From: Vicugna vicugna
Lineage: Eukaryota
DNA: 64,000 bases
NCBI GenBank assembly: GCA_013265495.1
Contig: MU058418.1
Coordinates: forward strand, 1,514,917 to 1,578,916
Direction of reading: 5' to 3'
Shown: piece by piece, positions 1-13,500 of the stretch
Layout: the number at the start of each line of letters is the position of its first letter
How positions within the stretch are numbered: position 1 is the stretch's first letter
Translations under genes and position numbers: made by a program
Notes under the pieces: model-generated
What the model saw: only the letters and a program-made list of their open reading frames with translations
Databases searched by the model: none
Told to the model about the DNA's origin: nothing

Positions 1-690
1 GAATTTGGCACCCTTTAGGATAGGCCAACCCCTGGCTACCTCTGATTCAGGAAGGCTGCCTGTAACACTCAGGACTTCCTGTTATCTTTGTTATCCTAAA
101 GCCTAAGCAACAATCTCTGAGCCCTACCCACCTCTGGGGAAGGAAGAGGGGACAAGGCATCCAACTAGATCTCTAGTCTGAGGAGGAGAAGCCCCTAGAA
201 GCAAGGAGATCCTCCTTCCAGTAGACAAGGAAGCCCTTTTCTTAGTGGGTATCTTTTTCAGAACCCAGGTGTTGGTAAGATTAAAAAGGTATTCTACTTG
301 CTAATTCAAACGGAATACAGAAAACCTGCCCCAGCAGTGGGTTCTACACTTTTGCTGAGGTGGTTTTTACAAATGCTAATGAACCACTCCATTTGGCATC
401 TTGGACAGACACAGTCCTCACGCGATTTGACACTTGCTAATGATTGAAACTCCCTTTGGCTCCAGAAAGAGTGGGGGCCAGACATACAGTGCTGGCTGAT
501 TAGAAACTCATTGGGCAGCCTTCCCCAAAAGGGCCTGGGGCTGGGGTAGTTCTCCACCTGTATTCGTTCTCATTCTGGGGTGCAGAGTGAGTGCAATGGA
601 AGGAAGGTGAGAAGGGGGTGCATTTTCTTGATTTTCTTCTGACTCTCCATCTAGCATTCTCTGCACAAGAAGGGCAAGAGGATTCCCTTT

Positions 691-695
691 CTCTG

Positions 696-765
<70 letters not shown>

Positions 766-769
766 ACAC
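691..769. repeat. Compound microsatellite (CTCTGT)n(CT)n(CA)n
   Basis: Directly visible tandem dinucleotide runs. Confidence 0.97.
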
Positions 770-1191
770 TCCACCTCTCTGTGACTATTCTCTGTCATGT
801 CAGATAGGTTCTGTGAGCAGCTGGGTAGAGGCTGGGGCATATTTTGGGGGAGGATGTCTGATTGCAACGCACTCATAAAGATTGATCCCAAATCTGTGAG
901 TGTGTGTTGGCAGAGAGGTGGGGACAAAACAGAGAGGATAAAGATTTACATCAACATGATTGCTTTTTTAAAACAGGACCGTTTGCGAAGGCTTTCTTTT
1001 CTGTTTAGAGTGAAAGGCACTCCATGTTGTCATTTACAGAGCAGTTCTGCAAGAGAGCTTCAGGGCAACTCCAAAAACCATTGCCATCTGGTTCTTGTGA
1101 CTCTGGCTGGTTCCAGATGAAGTTTCTTTTGTCACCTGTTCCACTCCCATCATCAAGTCTCTACTCTCTGTATGAGGAGGAGGGGAAGTTG

Positions 1192-1245
1192 AACATTAAA
1201 TAGTAGGGAACATTAAACATTAGGAAACATTAAATATTAGGAAAC
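1192..1245. repeat. 17-bp minisatellite, ~3 copies (aacattaaatattagga-like)
   Basis: Units aacattaaatagtaggg / aacattaaacattagga / aacattaaatattagga followed by a partial aac. Confidence 0.8.
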
Positions 1246-2919
1246 TCAAAGGAAAAAGCAAAAGAGCTCGATATTGCAGTCTGCTCTCCCGAGATCTGCA
1301 GCCCAGGAATGATGAAGGGAGACTGCCACCTACGGGCCAGGTTCCAGGGGAGCCTGCACATGGGGTTCGGCCAGAGAGATGCCGGAAGGAGTCTTCGTGA
1401 AACGGTCGACACACCCTCTCCCTGCAGACAGAAACACTCTCAACTCATTCACTACAAATGAGCATTTTCCTGATTTAAAGAACAGTTTTTCCCCCCATAA
1501 GTACATGATCTTGGAAGCTAAATTATGTGTATAAAGAAAATAACAGACACCTCTGGACCCACCACCACACTAAACAGCTGCTTATATCATTTGGCATCTA
1601 GGTGCCACAGCAGGTGCCACTCCCGCCCAACACCTAAAATTTTATGGCTGCTTAATAAAAATGAATTAGCGTAATGAATGAGAGACAAGCACCATCCTGC
1701 TGTGCCAACCTAGTAGAAAAACAATAGGATAAGAACAACCTTGCAAATATCAAACGCATTACAGAGCATGCCTGTGAGGGGTGGGAGGGATGGGAAAGGA
1801 GAGTGGGACTGGGCACAGAGGAGAAAATAAAGTAAAATAAAACTAGAGAGGGGCCTCACATATGGTAATGGTAATGGATAAGAACGGAAGAGTGTAGCTG
1901 AGTCAATTCTGTTCCCAAAGTGAAAAAGAAAATTTACAGAAGTTGAGCTTGTATGAGGGGGGGAATCTATGGTGTTACAGTGATTCCAGTGGTATCACAC
2001 AGTTGTCCTTGATATTTGGTATGTTCATGAGTAGTAAATTCTATTATTCTCATTCCATTATAGAATCAAATCTGGACCCCATATTGGATTTTGAGTGATG
2101 GAGCCACCTGATTTCTGTTGCAGAGAAGGGAGTGTCTGTGTGTGTTTCTTTGTGTATATGAGTTTGTGCACAAATGTGTGCATATGTATACAAATGTGTA
2201 GTGTATGTATATGTATGTGATTTTTTTATGTATGAAAGTGTGTGTGTGTATTTAATGGAGGAAGTCAGGAAGGATTATGGTTCTATAACTCCAAGCCAAA
2301 GAGGGTATAAGGGCCATGTGCCCCGTATTACAGCACCTAGAGGAAAGCTAAGCCCACCCAGGGAAGCAGCACCCCCAAATAGGCACAAGTATAGGCCCAG
2401 GGCATGGATCAAAAGGCAACGCTAAGCTAGGGAAGTTTGTACGGAAATCAGCAGGTGAAACTTGGGGTGTCAGGTCTGCGCTTCTGATAAGTGCCTGAGG
2501 AAACACAAGGATGAAAACATCTGAAGCAGGAGAGAGATTTCCCAGTGCCAACCAGGCTGGGTGAGAGAGAACCACCCAGGACCTGCAGAGGAAGACAAGA
2601 AGCTGGACCAGAATAGTTCTCTTAGCCCCACTGGTTGAGGGTTTTCATCAGAGGAACCAGCCATTGATACCAGAACCCACAGCAAGCCCTTTAGTGTTCT
2701 TTGTACATAAGCACATAAATGCTAATCCTCATCAATGGCTTAGTTGTTCTTGTTACCTTTTATGACGTGTAAATTCAAGGACCTCTCTAGATGCTGTAGT
2801 GTTAGGACATCTGGATTAGGAGGCACCTCTCTCTCTACCTGAGAGATGTGAATCATAACCAGGGAGATTTTGGTATCTTTAGTGTATGGGTAAATAATAT
2901 GTACTGTTGTTACATTTCT

Positions 2920-4450
2920 TAAAAATTTTATACAAATAATATTGCATATAAATATTACTTGGCATCTTTTTAGCCTATCATTATATATTTTAGATTTATT
3001 GATGTGTATAATACAGATCTAGTTCACTCATGTCCACTGCTGTGCAGTGTTGCATTGTATAAATATCCTCATTCATGCATTTGACTCCTGAAGGTCAGGT
3101 AGCTTGTTTCCACTTTTTAGCTATTACATGGAGTGCTGAAAAGAACATTCTTTTGTTTGTATTTCCTTGGGCCCATGTATCTATTGTGAACTTCTAGACA
3201 TATGAAGGTGGAATTGCTGGTCACAGGTTATGCAGTAACTTTACCAGGTATTGGCCACATTGCTGTCATCAGTAGTTAGATCATATACTTCCACTAGCAG
3301 TGGGTGAAAATTTTCTTTTCTCCATTCTCACAATTGGTATTGTTGGTATTGTCAGAGTTTAAATTTTTTTCTCCACTCAAATAGGTATGAAATAGTATCT
3401 ATTTGTTTCAATTTGCATCATCTTGACTAGTGGAGTCAAGAGTATTTTCATGTGTCTATTGACCACTAAGTGTCCTCTTCTGTAATTTGATTCCTCATAT
3501 TCTTTGCCTTTTTGCTGCTTCTTGTGACTTTTCTTTTTCTTGCTTATCTTTAGGAATTTATTGTATAATTTGGATAGTTATCTCTGGTTGGAAATGTAGG
3601 CTGCTGATAATTTTCTCTAAGCCTGTGCTTGTCTTTTCACATTTTTATTGATGTCATTTATCGTGGAGAAGTTTTTAAAAATTATGTAGTTCAATTTAGC
3701 ACTTTTCTATGATGATTTTTGCTTTGTGCCCTTCTGGGATGTCATGTATATTTTCCTATAGTCTGTCTAAATGTTTACAGCTTTTATCTGAAATTTACTT
3801 TTGTACATGCTGTGAGATATGAATCTAATTTTTCCCTTTGAAAATATTACTGCCAAATAGTCCCAGTGCTGTTTATCATATAGTCATCCTTTCCTCACTG
3901 AGTTGTAATGTCCCCTCTGTCATATTCCATGTTCCTATCTATGCATTAGTGTTTCTAGGTTTTTCAGGACACTTGTCCCATTGGTCTATTATCTAAATGC
4001 TGATATCAAAATATTTTAGTTACTATAACTTTGTGATAAATCTTGATATCTGATAGGGTAAACCCTTTCTCTGTTTCAAGATTATTTTACTCTTCTGAGT
4101 GGGTTTTATGATTTGCTTATATAGGTCAATAAAAAATGTTTCCCAGGGATTTTTAATAGAATTTATTAAGTTTGTAGTGTGAATTTAGGAAGACTACTAC
4201 TGTTAAGCTCTTGTCTTTCCATATATGAACATGTTCTGTCACTCCATTTATAAAGTTATCTTTTATGTATTTCAATAAACTTTTAGAGTTTCCTCCATAA
4301 AAGTTTTTCACACCTTTTGTTAGACTTACTCCAAGTACCATATAGTTTTTTACAGTATTGTCAATGGTATATCTTTTTATTTTATCTTCATTCTCGAGTG
4401 GTAGTTTAACTGTGTATATAATTATAAATTGACAGGTATTTTCTTTCAAC
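2920..4450 (-). mobile_element. Old LINE-1 (L1M) fragment, 3' UTR and ORF2 remnants
   Basis: T-rich L1 antisense signature; the degenerate minus-strand ORF 4153-4536 contains L1 ORF1 C-terminal and ORF2-like segments. Confidence 0.8.
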
Positions 4451-4469
4451 ATTCTGAATATTATTTCTC

Positions 4470-4675
4470 TTAGTGAACTAGGGATAGAAGGAAAATTCCT
4501 TAACCTGAAAAAAGTATCTACCATAATCCTAAACAAATATTATTCTTTATGGTGAAATGCTGAGAGCATCCCACTTAAAGTCAGGCACAAGACAAGGAAA
4601 AATGTTCAGATGCAATTTTATCCTAAATACCAGGAACAAACAGTTAGAAATGCAGTTTTTAAAAAAACACTACAA
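4470..4675 (+). mobile_element. L1 ORF2 fragments in the opposite orientation
   Basis: gaaatgctgagagcatcccacttaaagtcaggcacaagacaagga encodes a KSGTRQG motif typical of the L1 reverse transcriptase. Confidence 0.75.
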
Positions 4676-4870
4676 GCTGGATTTATTTAAATTAAATCTG
4701 AGCCTCAGTCTTTTAACTGGCCCTTTTACATATTGTCATTATATACTGTGATGAATTTATTCTTTAATCTTATTTTGTTGCTTTCCATTTACCATGTTGT
4801 TTTTTACCCCTTTTTCCGACTTTTATAAAACTGATCAGTTATTTTTCTTTCAAGTGATTATATTTCTACT

Positions 4871-5361
4871 TTTTCCTATTTAATTTTTTTGTATATATAT
4901 ATTTTTACAATGTTGTTTCAATTTCTGGTGTACAGCATAATGCTTCAGTCATACATGAACATACATATATTTGTTTTCATATTCTTTTTCACCATAAGTT
5001 ACTACAGGATACTGAATATAGTTCCCTGTGCTATACAGTATGAACTTGTTTATCTATTTTATGTATGTTAGTTAGTATATGTAAATCTCGAACTCCCAAT
5101 TTATCCCCTCCCACCCTTTTCACCCCAGTAACCATAAGTTTGTTTTCTATTTCTGAGTCTGTTTCTGTTTTGTAAATAAGTTTGTCTTTTTTTTTTATTC
5201 CACATATAAGTGATGTCATATGGTATTTTTCTTTCTCTTTCTGGCTTACTTCAAATGACAATCGACAGATGACTGGATAAAGAAGTTGTAGTATATTTAT
5301 ACAATGGAATACTACTCAGCCATAAAAATAATAAAACAATGCCATTTTCATATTTACTTTT
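4871..5361 (-). mobile_element. Young lineage-specific L1 3' end with 5' inversion and target-site duplication
   Basis: Minus-strand L1 3' end 4888-5263 joined to a plus-strand L1 segment 5261-5347. Flanks ttttcctatttaatttt (4871-4887) and ttttcatatttactttt (5345-5361). Confidence 0.85.
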
Positions 5362-5609
5362 AAATTTAGCAAGCATACTGCTCAATCTTATAGATTAATC
5401 AATATGCCTCATCTCCCTTTTAAACAAAATATTGACCTTAAGATGCTTTGTCTCTAATCATTTGTCTTTGCTCACGTATTGTCTATTTCTAGTATTTTAG
5501 TTCCATTTAATAGCTTATTAGTGCTTTTGTTACTATTATTTCATCCATTCAGTGTTTGTTTAGATATACTGTATATTTATCAAATTTCTTACTTTTTCCA
5601 TTGCTTCTT

Positions 5610-6974
5610 TTTAAAACATCTTTATTGAGATATAATTCACATATTATACAATTTACCATTTAAAGTTTACAACTCAGTGGTTTTTAGTGTATTCACAGAG
5701 TTGCACAACCACCAGCAGAATCAACTTTAGAACATTTTTATGACTCTTTAAAGAGACTTCATACCCATTAGCCATCACTCTTCATTTTCTCCCACTCCTC
5801 CCAGGCCTAGGCAAGCACTGATCTACTTTCCATATCCATACATTTGCCTATTCTGGACACTCATAGAAATGGCATTACATAATGTTTGGTCTTTTATGAC
5901 TGGCTTCTTTCATTTACCATAATGTTTTCAAGTGTTGTCTCATGGTTTTAGTTTACATTTCCTTAATGACTAACAATGTTAAGCATCTTTTCATGTTTAT
6001 TAGTCATTTGTATATTTCCTTTGGGGATTCAGATCCCTTGCCCATTCTTAAATTGGGCTATTTGTCTTTTTATTATTGAGTTGTAAGTGTTCTTTATATA
6101 TTATAGATACAAATCGCTTTTCTGATATGTGATTTACAAATATTTTTTCCCATCTTGTGGGTTGTCTTTTCATTTTCTTGATGATGTTCTTTAAATCACA
6201 ATTAGTATTTTTTCCTTTGTTGCTTGTGCATTTGGTATCATATCTAAGATGATTTTGCCTAACCCAAGGTCATGAAGGTTTATCCCTGTGTTTCTTCTAA
6301 GAATTTTATACTTTTAGCTCTTACATTTTGGTCTATGATCATTTTGAGTTAATTTTTGTATATAGAGTGGGGAAGAGGCCTGATTTCATTCTTTTGCATG
6401 GGCTATGCAGTTATCCAGGTACCATTTGTTGAAAAAGATTAATCGTTCCTCATTGAATGTCTTGCATTCTTGTTGAAAATTAGTTGACTATAAATATAGG
6501 ATTTATTTTTGGACTCAATTCCACTAATCTGTATGTCTGTTCTTAATCCTGTATCATGCAATCTTAATTACTGTAACTTTGTAATAAATTTTGAAATCTG
6601 TAAATGTGAGTCCTCCAAATTTATTCTTCTTTCAAGGTTATTTTTCTGGAGTCCCTGGACTTACATATGAATTTTAGTACCATCTTCCCAATTTCTGCAC
6701 AAAAAGCCATCTGGGATTTTGATAGACATTGCGTTGAATCTATAGATAATATAGAGTATTGTCATCTTAACAATATTGTCTTTCCATCCATAAACGTGAG
6801 ATGTCTTTCCATTTATTTAGGAATTCTTTAATTTCCTTTAAAAATATTTTATAGTTTTCAGAGTACAAGTTTTGTACTTTTGTTAAATTCATTCCTAAGT
6901 AGTTTATTCTTTTTGATGCCAGTATAAATGGAATTGTTTCTTAATGTTATTCTCAGACGGTTCATTGATAATTT
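5610..6974 (-). mobile_element. L1MA/L1MB-type LINE-1 3' portion nested in an older L1
   Basis: Typical 3' end tttattgagatataattcacatattatacaattt followed by ORF2 antisense sequence. Flanked by the direct repeat ATTGCTTCTT (5600-5609, 6975-6984). Confidence 0.85.
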
Positions 6975-6984
6975 ATTGCTTCTT

Positions 6985-7620
6985 GGATCCTTTCTCATTG
7001 GTTCATTTTTCCTATTCCCTGAAGTACATCTTCATCTAGTTCCTTCATAAGGAATCTGTGAATGGAAAACTCTCGTAGTCCCTGTGTGAAAATGTCTTTA
7101 TCCCACCCTCATTCTTAAATGATAATTGTGTAGAATTGTAGGTTAGCAGTTCTTAAGATATTTTCCTGTTTTATTTTGTCCTCAATTTTTGCTGCTGAGA
7201 TGTCAGCTCTCAGTCTAACTGTTGTTCCTTGACAATGTGCTTTTTTTTTTCCCACTGGTTGTTTTAAGTTTTTCTAAGGTTTTTTTTTTTTTTTTTTTTT
7301 TTTTTGTTTTTTTAAGGTTTTTTTTTTTTTTTTTTGATGTTCCATACTTTCATCATATGTAACTAAGTGATGCTTATTTTATTTATTATTTATTCTATTC
7401 CATGTTTGGTGTGCTTTTTCAATGTGAGAATTTATGTTTTTTAATGAATTCTAGAATATCCTTAGCTATTACCTATTTGAATATTGCATTCTCTGTAGTC
7501 TCTCTCTAGACCCCTGTAAATATTATATTTTCTCATTGTATTCTCCATTATCTTTATTTTTGTCACAAAAGATCTCATTCCAAATTGTATTTTGAATACT
7601 TCTCAGATCAATATTCTAGT
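6985..7620 (-). mobile_element. Old L1 (ORF1 region) fragment with poly-T expansion at ~7270-7335
   Basis: tgtgtgaaaatgtctttatcccaccctcattcttaaatgataa and gctgctgagatgtcagctctcagtctaactgttgttcct resemble L1M ORF1 antisense. Confidence 0.65.
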
Positions 7621-7924
7621 ACTTTGTTACGATTTTTCATTTAATACAAAGTAAAGGAGTTAACTCTCCTCAAAAACAATATTAAATCTTTAAAAGAAGA
7701 AATAGAGTTTCATCCAGATGGGGAAAATTTTCCATAAAGAAAATACTATAACTTCTCCAATCATTTCTTTAAAAATAGAGAATGGTTCTATGGTGACTAT
7801 AATTTTTAAACAGAAATATTTGTTAAATGATTGGATTTATGCTAAACAAATATCTCTGAAAGTGATGGGGTGGGAGGAAGATCACATATTTCATGTTTTT
7901 ACCTATTGAACCTGATTGGTCAGT

Positions 7925-8170
7925 AGGATGCAAAAGAGCATATACTTTGGGGTCCACTAGACTTGGGTTCCAATGCCAGCTTTGCCATTATCTAGATACA
8001 GGACTTGGGCAACTTATTTTAACCTTACTGAGTCTCTCTGAATCTTAGTTTCATCATCTATAAAACAAACCCTTCAGCACTGACATGAGGAACTATGATA
8101 AGGTATATATAAAGTGCTTCATGCAAAGTGTGGCCAGTGGCAGTTGCTTCATAAAGGATTATCATTATTT
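7925..8170 (+). mobile_element. MIR SINE
   Basis: gacttgggttccaatgccagctttgcca...ttgggcaacttattttaacctt...ttagtttcatcatctataaaa matches the MIR core. Confidence 0.75.
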
Positions 8171-9017
8171 CTTGCATAAAAATCTTAATCAGAACTAGTG
8201 CCATCAATATGGGTTATCCCCATTCAGTATCTGAGATCTTCTCATTAGTCAAGTCCCTTCATAACCCCTTTGCTGTAACTTTGATCTCCCTAAAATACAC
8301 AAATTGATAATTAACACAGGTAAGGGATGGAATAATTGCTTGTGGAAACGTCTGTGGTAAGTGTCCCCCGGATAGCTATTGAAGCCCCAAAATAAAACAT
8401 TCTGGGGTCCTTCTTGCAGCAGATGGTGAAATGCAAAGTCTATCTTGGAGGCACACCTACTAACAAGATTTCTAGGACTCTTAGAAGATAAACACTTAGA
8501 AAATTGATTCAATCAAAACGGAACTGCTGTAAACACACTTTCCCTGTAATTTTTCAAACTAATATATTTAATTCTGTCTGGCAGCGTCCTCTAAATTGAA
8601 TTCACATTAGATAGATGAGTCCATTGGATGGATATAATATATTGATATAGGAATTATTCTGCCTTTGGTCGGGACACTCACTGTTTCCAAAAGGTGAGGC
8701 TGCCTCGAGCTCAGGGTATGATGGCAAATATTGCCTTCACAAGGCTGTTCTCATGAATTCCTTCTCTAGCAATAATTATGACAGGAAATGGGATTTTTCC
8801 TGTAAGCACATTTTAGTGACTAACATCCCTATATATGTAGTGTGTTCAGGTCTTTTCTTGGATGGACTTCTGAACTGTACAGCCACTAGAATGTGGACTA
8901 AATCTCATCTTTATTAAACAACATAAATAACCCTGTTATCTGCAACTCGCTGTTACACATATCATGACTCAGAGCTGAGAGAATGCTTGAGCCTTTGGTA
9001 AAATCGTGATCCGACTG

Positions 9018-9073
9018 TTAATATCACTAAACTATTTAAGGTGGAGAAACCTTAAATAGTTTAGTGATATTAA
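9018..9073. repeat. Perfect 25-bp inverted repeat with 6-nt spacer
   Basis: TTAATATCACTAAACTATTTAAGGT (9018-9042), spacer GGAGAA, ACCTTAAATAGTTTAGTGATATTAA (9049-9073). Confidence 0.97.
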
Positions 9074-9074
9074 T

Positions 9075-9330
9075 AATTATAGTAGTTAATGTATGTATTA
9101 TATGGTCTTGTGTGCCTGATATTATGCTAAGCCCACACATATATTAATATATGATTGTATGTATATAAGATATTACATTTTGTCTTCACCATAACTCTAG
9201 TGAGGAAGGTACTATTAGCTCCATTAATAGATGAGGAAAATGAAGCACAAGGAGTGAAGTGTTCCAGCTTGCACACCGGGCAGTGGTGGAGCTGCGGCCA
9301 CCAGGAAAGTCCTCTTACCTTCACCATGTG
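9075..9330 (-). mobile_element. MIR SINE
   Basis: gtgaggaaggtactattagctccattaatagatgaggaaaatgaagcacaaggagtgaagtg is MIR core antisense. Confidence 0.75.
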
Positions 9331-10187
9331 AACGTGGTGAGACTTGAAGTTGCAGGGCTGCCTTCTCTAAGCTTTAGTGATTCCTGATGTCAGCTGACGA
9401 GCAGAAGCCATGCTTCTACCCACCAGTCTACTGTATAACACCTCTGGATACACCGTCAAAAAGACTGAGATTCAGCAATTTTATCTCTGCATGATTTAAA
9501 CTGTATACTTATCTTACCTTATACGTAACTCCATTGGCACTTAGGCAATAGTTCTGCTCACTCTGCCCTTCCTTCCTTCCTTTTTCTTTCTTCATGTTTG
9601 CTGAGGGCTTGGGGATAAAAAGTGAAGGAGGAGAAGGAAAAAAGATTCTCTCCACTTGGGAAGCTTTCATTCTAGGTCAGGAAACAGGCTGCACAAAGGT
9701 GAAACAACTAGAGAATGACATGAGTGTTTGGGCATCAGCTGATCATGCTGGAGATCATGCAGGCAAAACCAATTTAGTATCTCCAGCCTCTGCCTCACAC
9801 GCATTTGGCCTCTAGCCCACCTCTCTCTGGTGGAGTCCATGCACTGTGTCCCTGTGCTGGGACTTCCCAGCCCATTGACTTGACTCTGCCTGTACTCCAA
9901 CTTTGCTGCCCATACCTCGTAGGGCCTTTCTGACAGGGCAGGAGCCAGAGTTCCCCAATCAAGCTGATGTAAATTTCAAACCACTTGAGGTGAAATGAAA
10001 TTCCACCTCCTAAGCTGACAGAAAATACAATTAGAGCATTAAACTGGCATAAGTACAGACTAATTCTTTTATTTCCTTAGAGGAGTCTGGAAATATTGGG
10101 CTATGAGGAAGCATTTCAGAAAGCCCTCTTTAAATTTTAATATCATGATTATAAAATAATTTTCTAGTCTTATCCTCTATACTAGGT

Positions 10188-10548
10188 GGTGTTGGTCAGT
10201 TTGGGCTGCCACAGTAAAATACCACAGACTGGCTATCTTAAACAGCCACAGTTCTGGAGGCTGGGAAGTCTGAGATCAGGGTTCCAGTACAATTGGGTCC
10301 TGGGGAAAGTCCTCTTTCTGGCTGGCACATGGCCATCTCCTCACTGTATCCTCACATAGTGGAGAGAGGAAGCTCTGATGTCTCTTCTTCTTTTTATAAG
10401 GCCACTAATCCCATCGTGAGAGCTCCACCCTCACGTCCTCATCTAAACCCAACCACGTCCCAAAGACCTTACCTCCTAATATGATCACAGTAGGGGTTAG
10501 GGCTTCAGCATATGAATCTTGGGGGACTCATTCATTCAGATCATAACA
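10188..10548 (-). mobile_element. MaLR solo LTR (MLT1A-type)
   Basis: gggctgccacagtaaaataccacagactgg...cagttctggaggctgggaagtctgagatc...gcttcagcatatgaat; 5-bp TSD TAGGT at 10183-10187 and 10549-10553. Confidence 0.9.
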
Positions 10549-13500
10549 TAGGTGGAGGTGCTTTAAGCTCTTCAAAGTGAGAGCAGCCCTCAGACTTTCT
10601 CTTCTCCTGGTCACGTTCTTTCTCTTCTCCCCTCCCCACCTCCCCCCACCTCAGAAATGGGCTGGGCCTTCACACCTTTCCCAGGTGACTCAGTAACACA
10701 TGGGACATTTTCCTTTAAGATCAGAATAACTGATCTTCCCAAAGTGGCCGCCTTCTACCACTAGTTCATAGACCAAAGGAGGTATCTTAAGTAAATACTT
10801 TATTCCATGGAACTTCTGAAGAATCGAGCTCAAACAGATATTTACCCCTAAAATTATTTTTTGTATTACATGCACAAAATCAAAGAGTACAAAAGAGCAT
10901 AACATTCATTCATTCAATGGTATATCCCAATAAAGCTGACTTAAACCAGAAAAAAAAAATGGTTATGATATTAAAAGCAAGTTCCTCTTCCATTCCTGGC
11001 CCCAGCCACCCTATCCCTCCCTAGAGGCCACTGCTATTAGGGAGTGGGGTGTAGCCTTCCAGAGATATTCCCTTATAAGCTTTTAAAAAAAATCTATATG
11101 GCAGCATTGTGTCCACAGTGTTCTTCTAGCTTTTGTCTCTTAATGACATATTGTGGAGATGATTCCACATTACTCCAGTCAGTACTACCTTGTTCTTTTG
11201 ATGGGCAACCTAGTTTCCCTCATCTGGATATAGCATAGTATCCATACCCGTTCTTCTTAAAGAACTTTTAGATTGTTCGATATCTTTTGTCACTTTGAAC
11301 AAAGCTTATATATAAGCATATCTATAGAATAAATTCCTGTAAGTAGAATTATTGGGTCGAAAGGTATGTACAACTTAAGAGCTGTGAAATAATTTAAATA
11401 TACAAAAAGTGTAAAGAATAAGGTAACTAACACCCTACTGAGCGTTATTACATCTCAACAAAGAAAATCACATTTCATTTAGGAAGCACTGAGGTGTAAA
11501 GTCATGGGTTATGTATTAATGATTTGGAATAACGAGGTTATCTGATTTTGCTTTACAATCTAGAAGCCTGCATTCAGATGTTGCTAGGGTTGTTAAGTGT
11601 GTTCCATCTAGCAGCCTCACCAGTGTCCAAAATGGATTGTTTTTCTGACCCATCACCTGTGGTTCCTGAGTATAATTCTTTTCTGTGCTTGACCCTAATC
11701 AATGAGAGGACCGAGGCCTGGCCTGGCAAGCTGTGGGGGCCAGCCAGAGACCTGAATCAGTGAAAAGGTGACTACTTGCACAATGGAGAGCCCCTACAAG
11801 TATCCAGCCATACGAAGACATGACTTTACAGGGATTCATTTTATTCCTTAGAAAATGGAATGAGTTTTCCATTTTATTCTTATCTTTTAAATTGATTGTG
11901 GGTTAATCTCTTTGTAAAGGCATAAGTGTGTATGTGTATGTGTATAATAACCTCCATTATACTTTATTGTAGACCTCACACCTTCCACAGGGATTTTAAT
12001 AATGCTTTTCTGAATAGGAAGCCAGGGCTCTCTCTGTGCCCCACCCCCTGCTCCCACTGTGTACTTTTTTTGCATGTAGCACATATAGGGTTAAGATTTT
12101 TCAGTTTTCCTTTGAACAATGATTGCAGTTACAGCCTAGTAACTTTCAGCCTATTATTTGTGTGTATGGCTCTCCAGTGCTTTTAAATTTACTTAATTTA
12201 AATTCAAGAATGATATGATTCCAATGAGTTACATTAGTCTTACTCTTACCTTCCTCAGTCAGTTTTCTCTTACAGCCTTTTCCTTTGCAAGAATCATTGG
12301 CAACGACTACAGCCTAGCAGACTGTTTAACGCATAACTCACTACTTAAAAAAACACTAAAATAATTAAAAGCATTTGTTGCTAAGCACAATGGAGTTAAA
12401 ACTCAGCTTGATATTTATACTACGTCTCTCTGCCCCAAGGATGTAGCTAACTTATCCCCATAATGAAAAGGGAAAGGCTGCAGTTTCCAGAGATTTCCTA
12501 TCCATCTTTATTATTTTTTGAAATTATTCCATCAGTTAACCACCGAGTTTGATTTTATAAATCTGCTTGCACTTCAACAGGAGGGAACAAAGGCTGTGCA
12601 CTATCTTTTCCCTTTATGCACAGGACATGGTAAGATTAGCAGAACACAGTTCATTGCCCAGGCATGCAAGTATTGCCATTCACAGGATAGACCTCTTGTG
12701 CCTCTACGTTTCTCCCTCCCTTAGTGACAGAAAACCCATTGGACTCCAGCCGCAGCTGAGCTCTGGCAGCCATTGGCCCCAAAGCTCTACCTCCTGCCTT
12801 TCAGTAGGTAGAGGCCAGCTGGGGAGGTGGCCAATCAGATGGTTTGTATCCGGGAGAACATGGCACAGTTAGCTATTTAAATCCAACCAGAATGATGTCA
12901 GCAAGCAGGGCTGAAAGGGTTAGGAGAAGGGCTCAAGGAAAGGAGAAATCTTGTCAGACTGCATTATTTACAGAAAACTGGGCTGAGGCTAAGCAGAGAC
13001 TAACACACCCACCACCTGTGCCCTGAGCCATACCCCTAGTGCCTCCGAGCTGCCTCCTCCCAGCCTTCGGGAAGGAGGAATGGCTACAGAAAATAATCTG
13101 ATGCTAAATTATGTGGGGAGAGTTTCTCATATGATTTTTTTTAACTGGAAGAGCAGGTTTCTACTTAGATAAAAACACACAAACGAGCTCTGGTTTGCAA
13201 ATTGCCGGGGTTTGACAGGAAAGCTGGGCTGACTCTTGTGCTGATAAGAGAAAAGTGTTTGCTCCTGCCTCTGGAAGTCTGTGGTCCCCATAACCCCGCG
13301 TGAAACTTGCAAAAGGGTTCTCGGCCTAGATGTCGTTTCGCTGCACGAGCAAAATGTTCAGGCTCAGGAAATGATGCTAAAGACATTTTTTAAAATGTAA
13401 GATGGGTCTGACACAGCACTGGCACAGGATACGTGACGGGAAGCAGCGTGGTGAGTGGTGATAACGGCCCCTGGGGCCAGGCACAGAGCTGGTTTCACAC

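Noticed and set aside
508..927. ORFs with VCVC/ERER and SLSL/HTHT runs
   Set aside because: Translation of the (CT)n(CA)n microsatellite.
2250..2760. Possible ancient LTR-like segment
   Set aside because: Composition is suggestive, but I could not identify termini, a TSD or a family; needs a Dfam search.
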